Of a stretch of 62,709 nt of DNA, positions 62,511 through 62,709 are shown in pieces. This DNA comes from Chara braunii (Eukaryota > Plantae > Charophyceae). The notes below the pieces were generated by a model that searched no databases, had not been told where the DNA came from, and was given only the letters and a program-made list of their open reading frames with translations. The stretch is taken from assembly GCA_003427395.1 (NCBI GenBank), contig BFEA01000009.1, positions 2,741,792 through 2,804,500 of the forward strand. The letters are read 5' to 3'. Within the stretch, counting starts at the first letter, position 1; each line of letters begins with the position of its first letter. The position numbers and the translations under genes are program-made.

Positions 62511-62709
62511 TTTGCTTTGGGCACTGTGTAAGGGTAGACTTAGGCTTAGTTAGTTCGGAAGGGTTTTGGAGTAAGGTTGTGATTATCCTCTAAGGATTTA
62601 TATGTTTAGCTTGGGGTTTCGCCTGTCATGTGTTATAGACCCTCTTGATCGGTTGATTCAGGATCTGGATTAGACTGAGTTCGATCCTACGAGGATCACC
62701 TTCTGTTAT

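Larger units (their letters stand above)
58481..62709 (+). mobile_element. Long LTR-like sequence related to the giant element's LTR; runs off the window
   Basis: TG start. Shares the CTTACAA hairpin and the 21-nt cgattgcgggagctctgccgg motif with the giant LTR in the same order and orientation. No convincing ORFs and no PBS seen before the window end. Confidence 0.6.

Overview
Repeat-dominated eukaryotic scaffold with N-gaps at 1714-2661, 9432-9751, 12241-12248, 18857-19816, 22704-22803, 33656-33940, 37073-37382 and 46617-47062. The retroelement style and microsatellite load suggest a charophyte alga such as Chara; this is inference and unverified. Main contents: (1) the 3' end of a chromodomain-bearing Ty3/Gypsy element with PPT and a 1.38-kb LTR (2.7-5.0 kb). 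(2) Assorted MITEs and a tRNA-derived SINE. (3) One probable host gene, a KCTD-type BTB/POZ protein with two Cys-rich repeats (minus strand, 12.5-13.7 kb), whose apparent start lies inside a Nextera mate-pair adapter artefact. (4) A decayed giant Ty3/Gypsy element (~20.1-55.4 kb) with ~8.7-kb LTRs, a tRNA-Asp PBS, an accessory ORF before gag, a 3.37-kb internal tandem duplication, an in-phase U-UUU-UUA slippery site between protease and RT, and a second gag-like ORF after integrase. (5) Two further related LTRs starting at 56165 and 58481. The most striking unexplained structure is a modular architecture shared by these long LTRs: a conserved CTTACAA hairpin plus oligo-T near the 5' tip, a conserved GATTGCGGGAGCTCTGCC motif, then family-specific arrays of 9-12 stem-loops with conserved loops and co-varying stems (53.2-53.8 kb; 60.9-61.8 kb). 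The giant LTR also carries a decayed tRNA-Asp-like sequence and an antisense exon. All pairings and similarities were read by eye; no searches were run.
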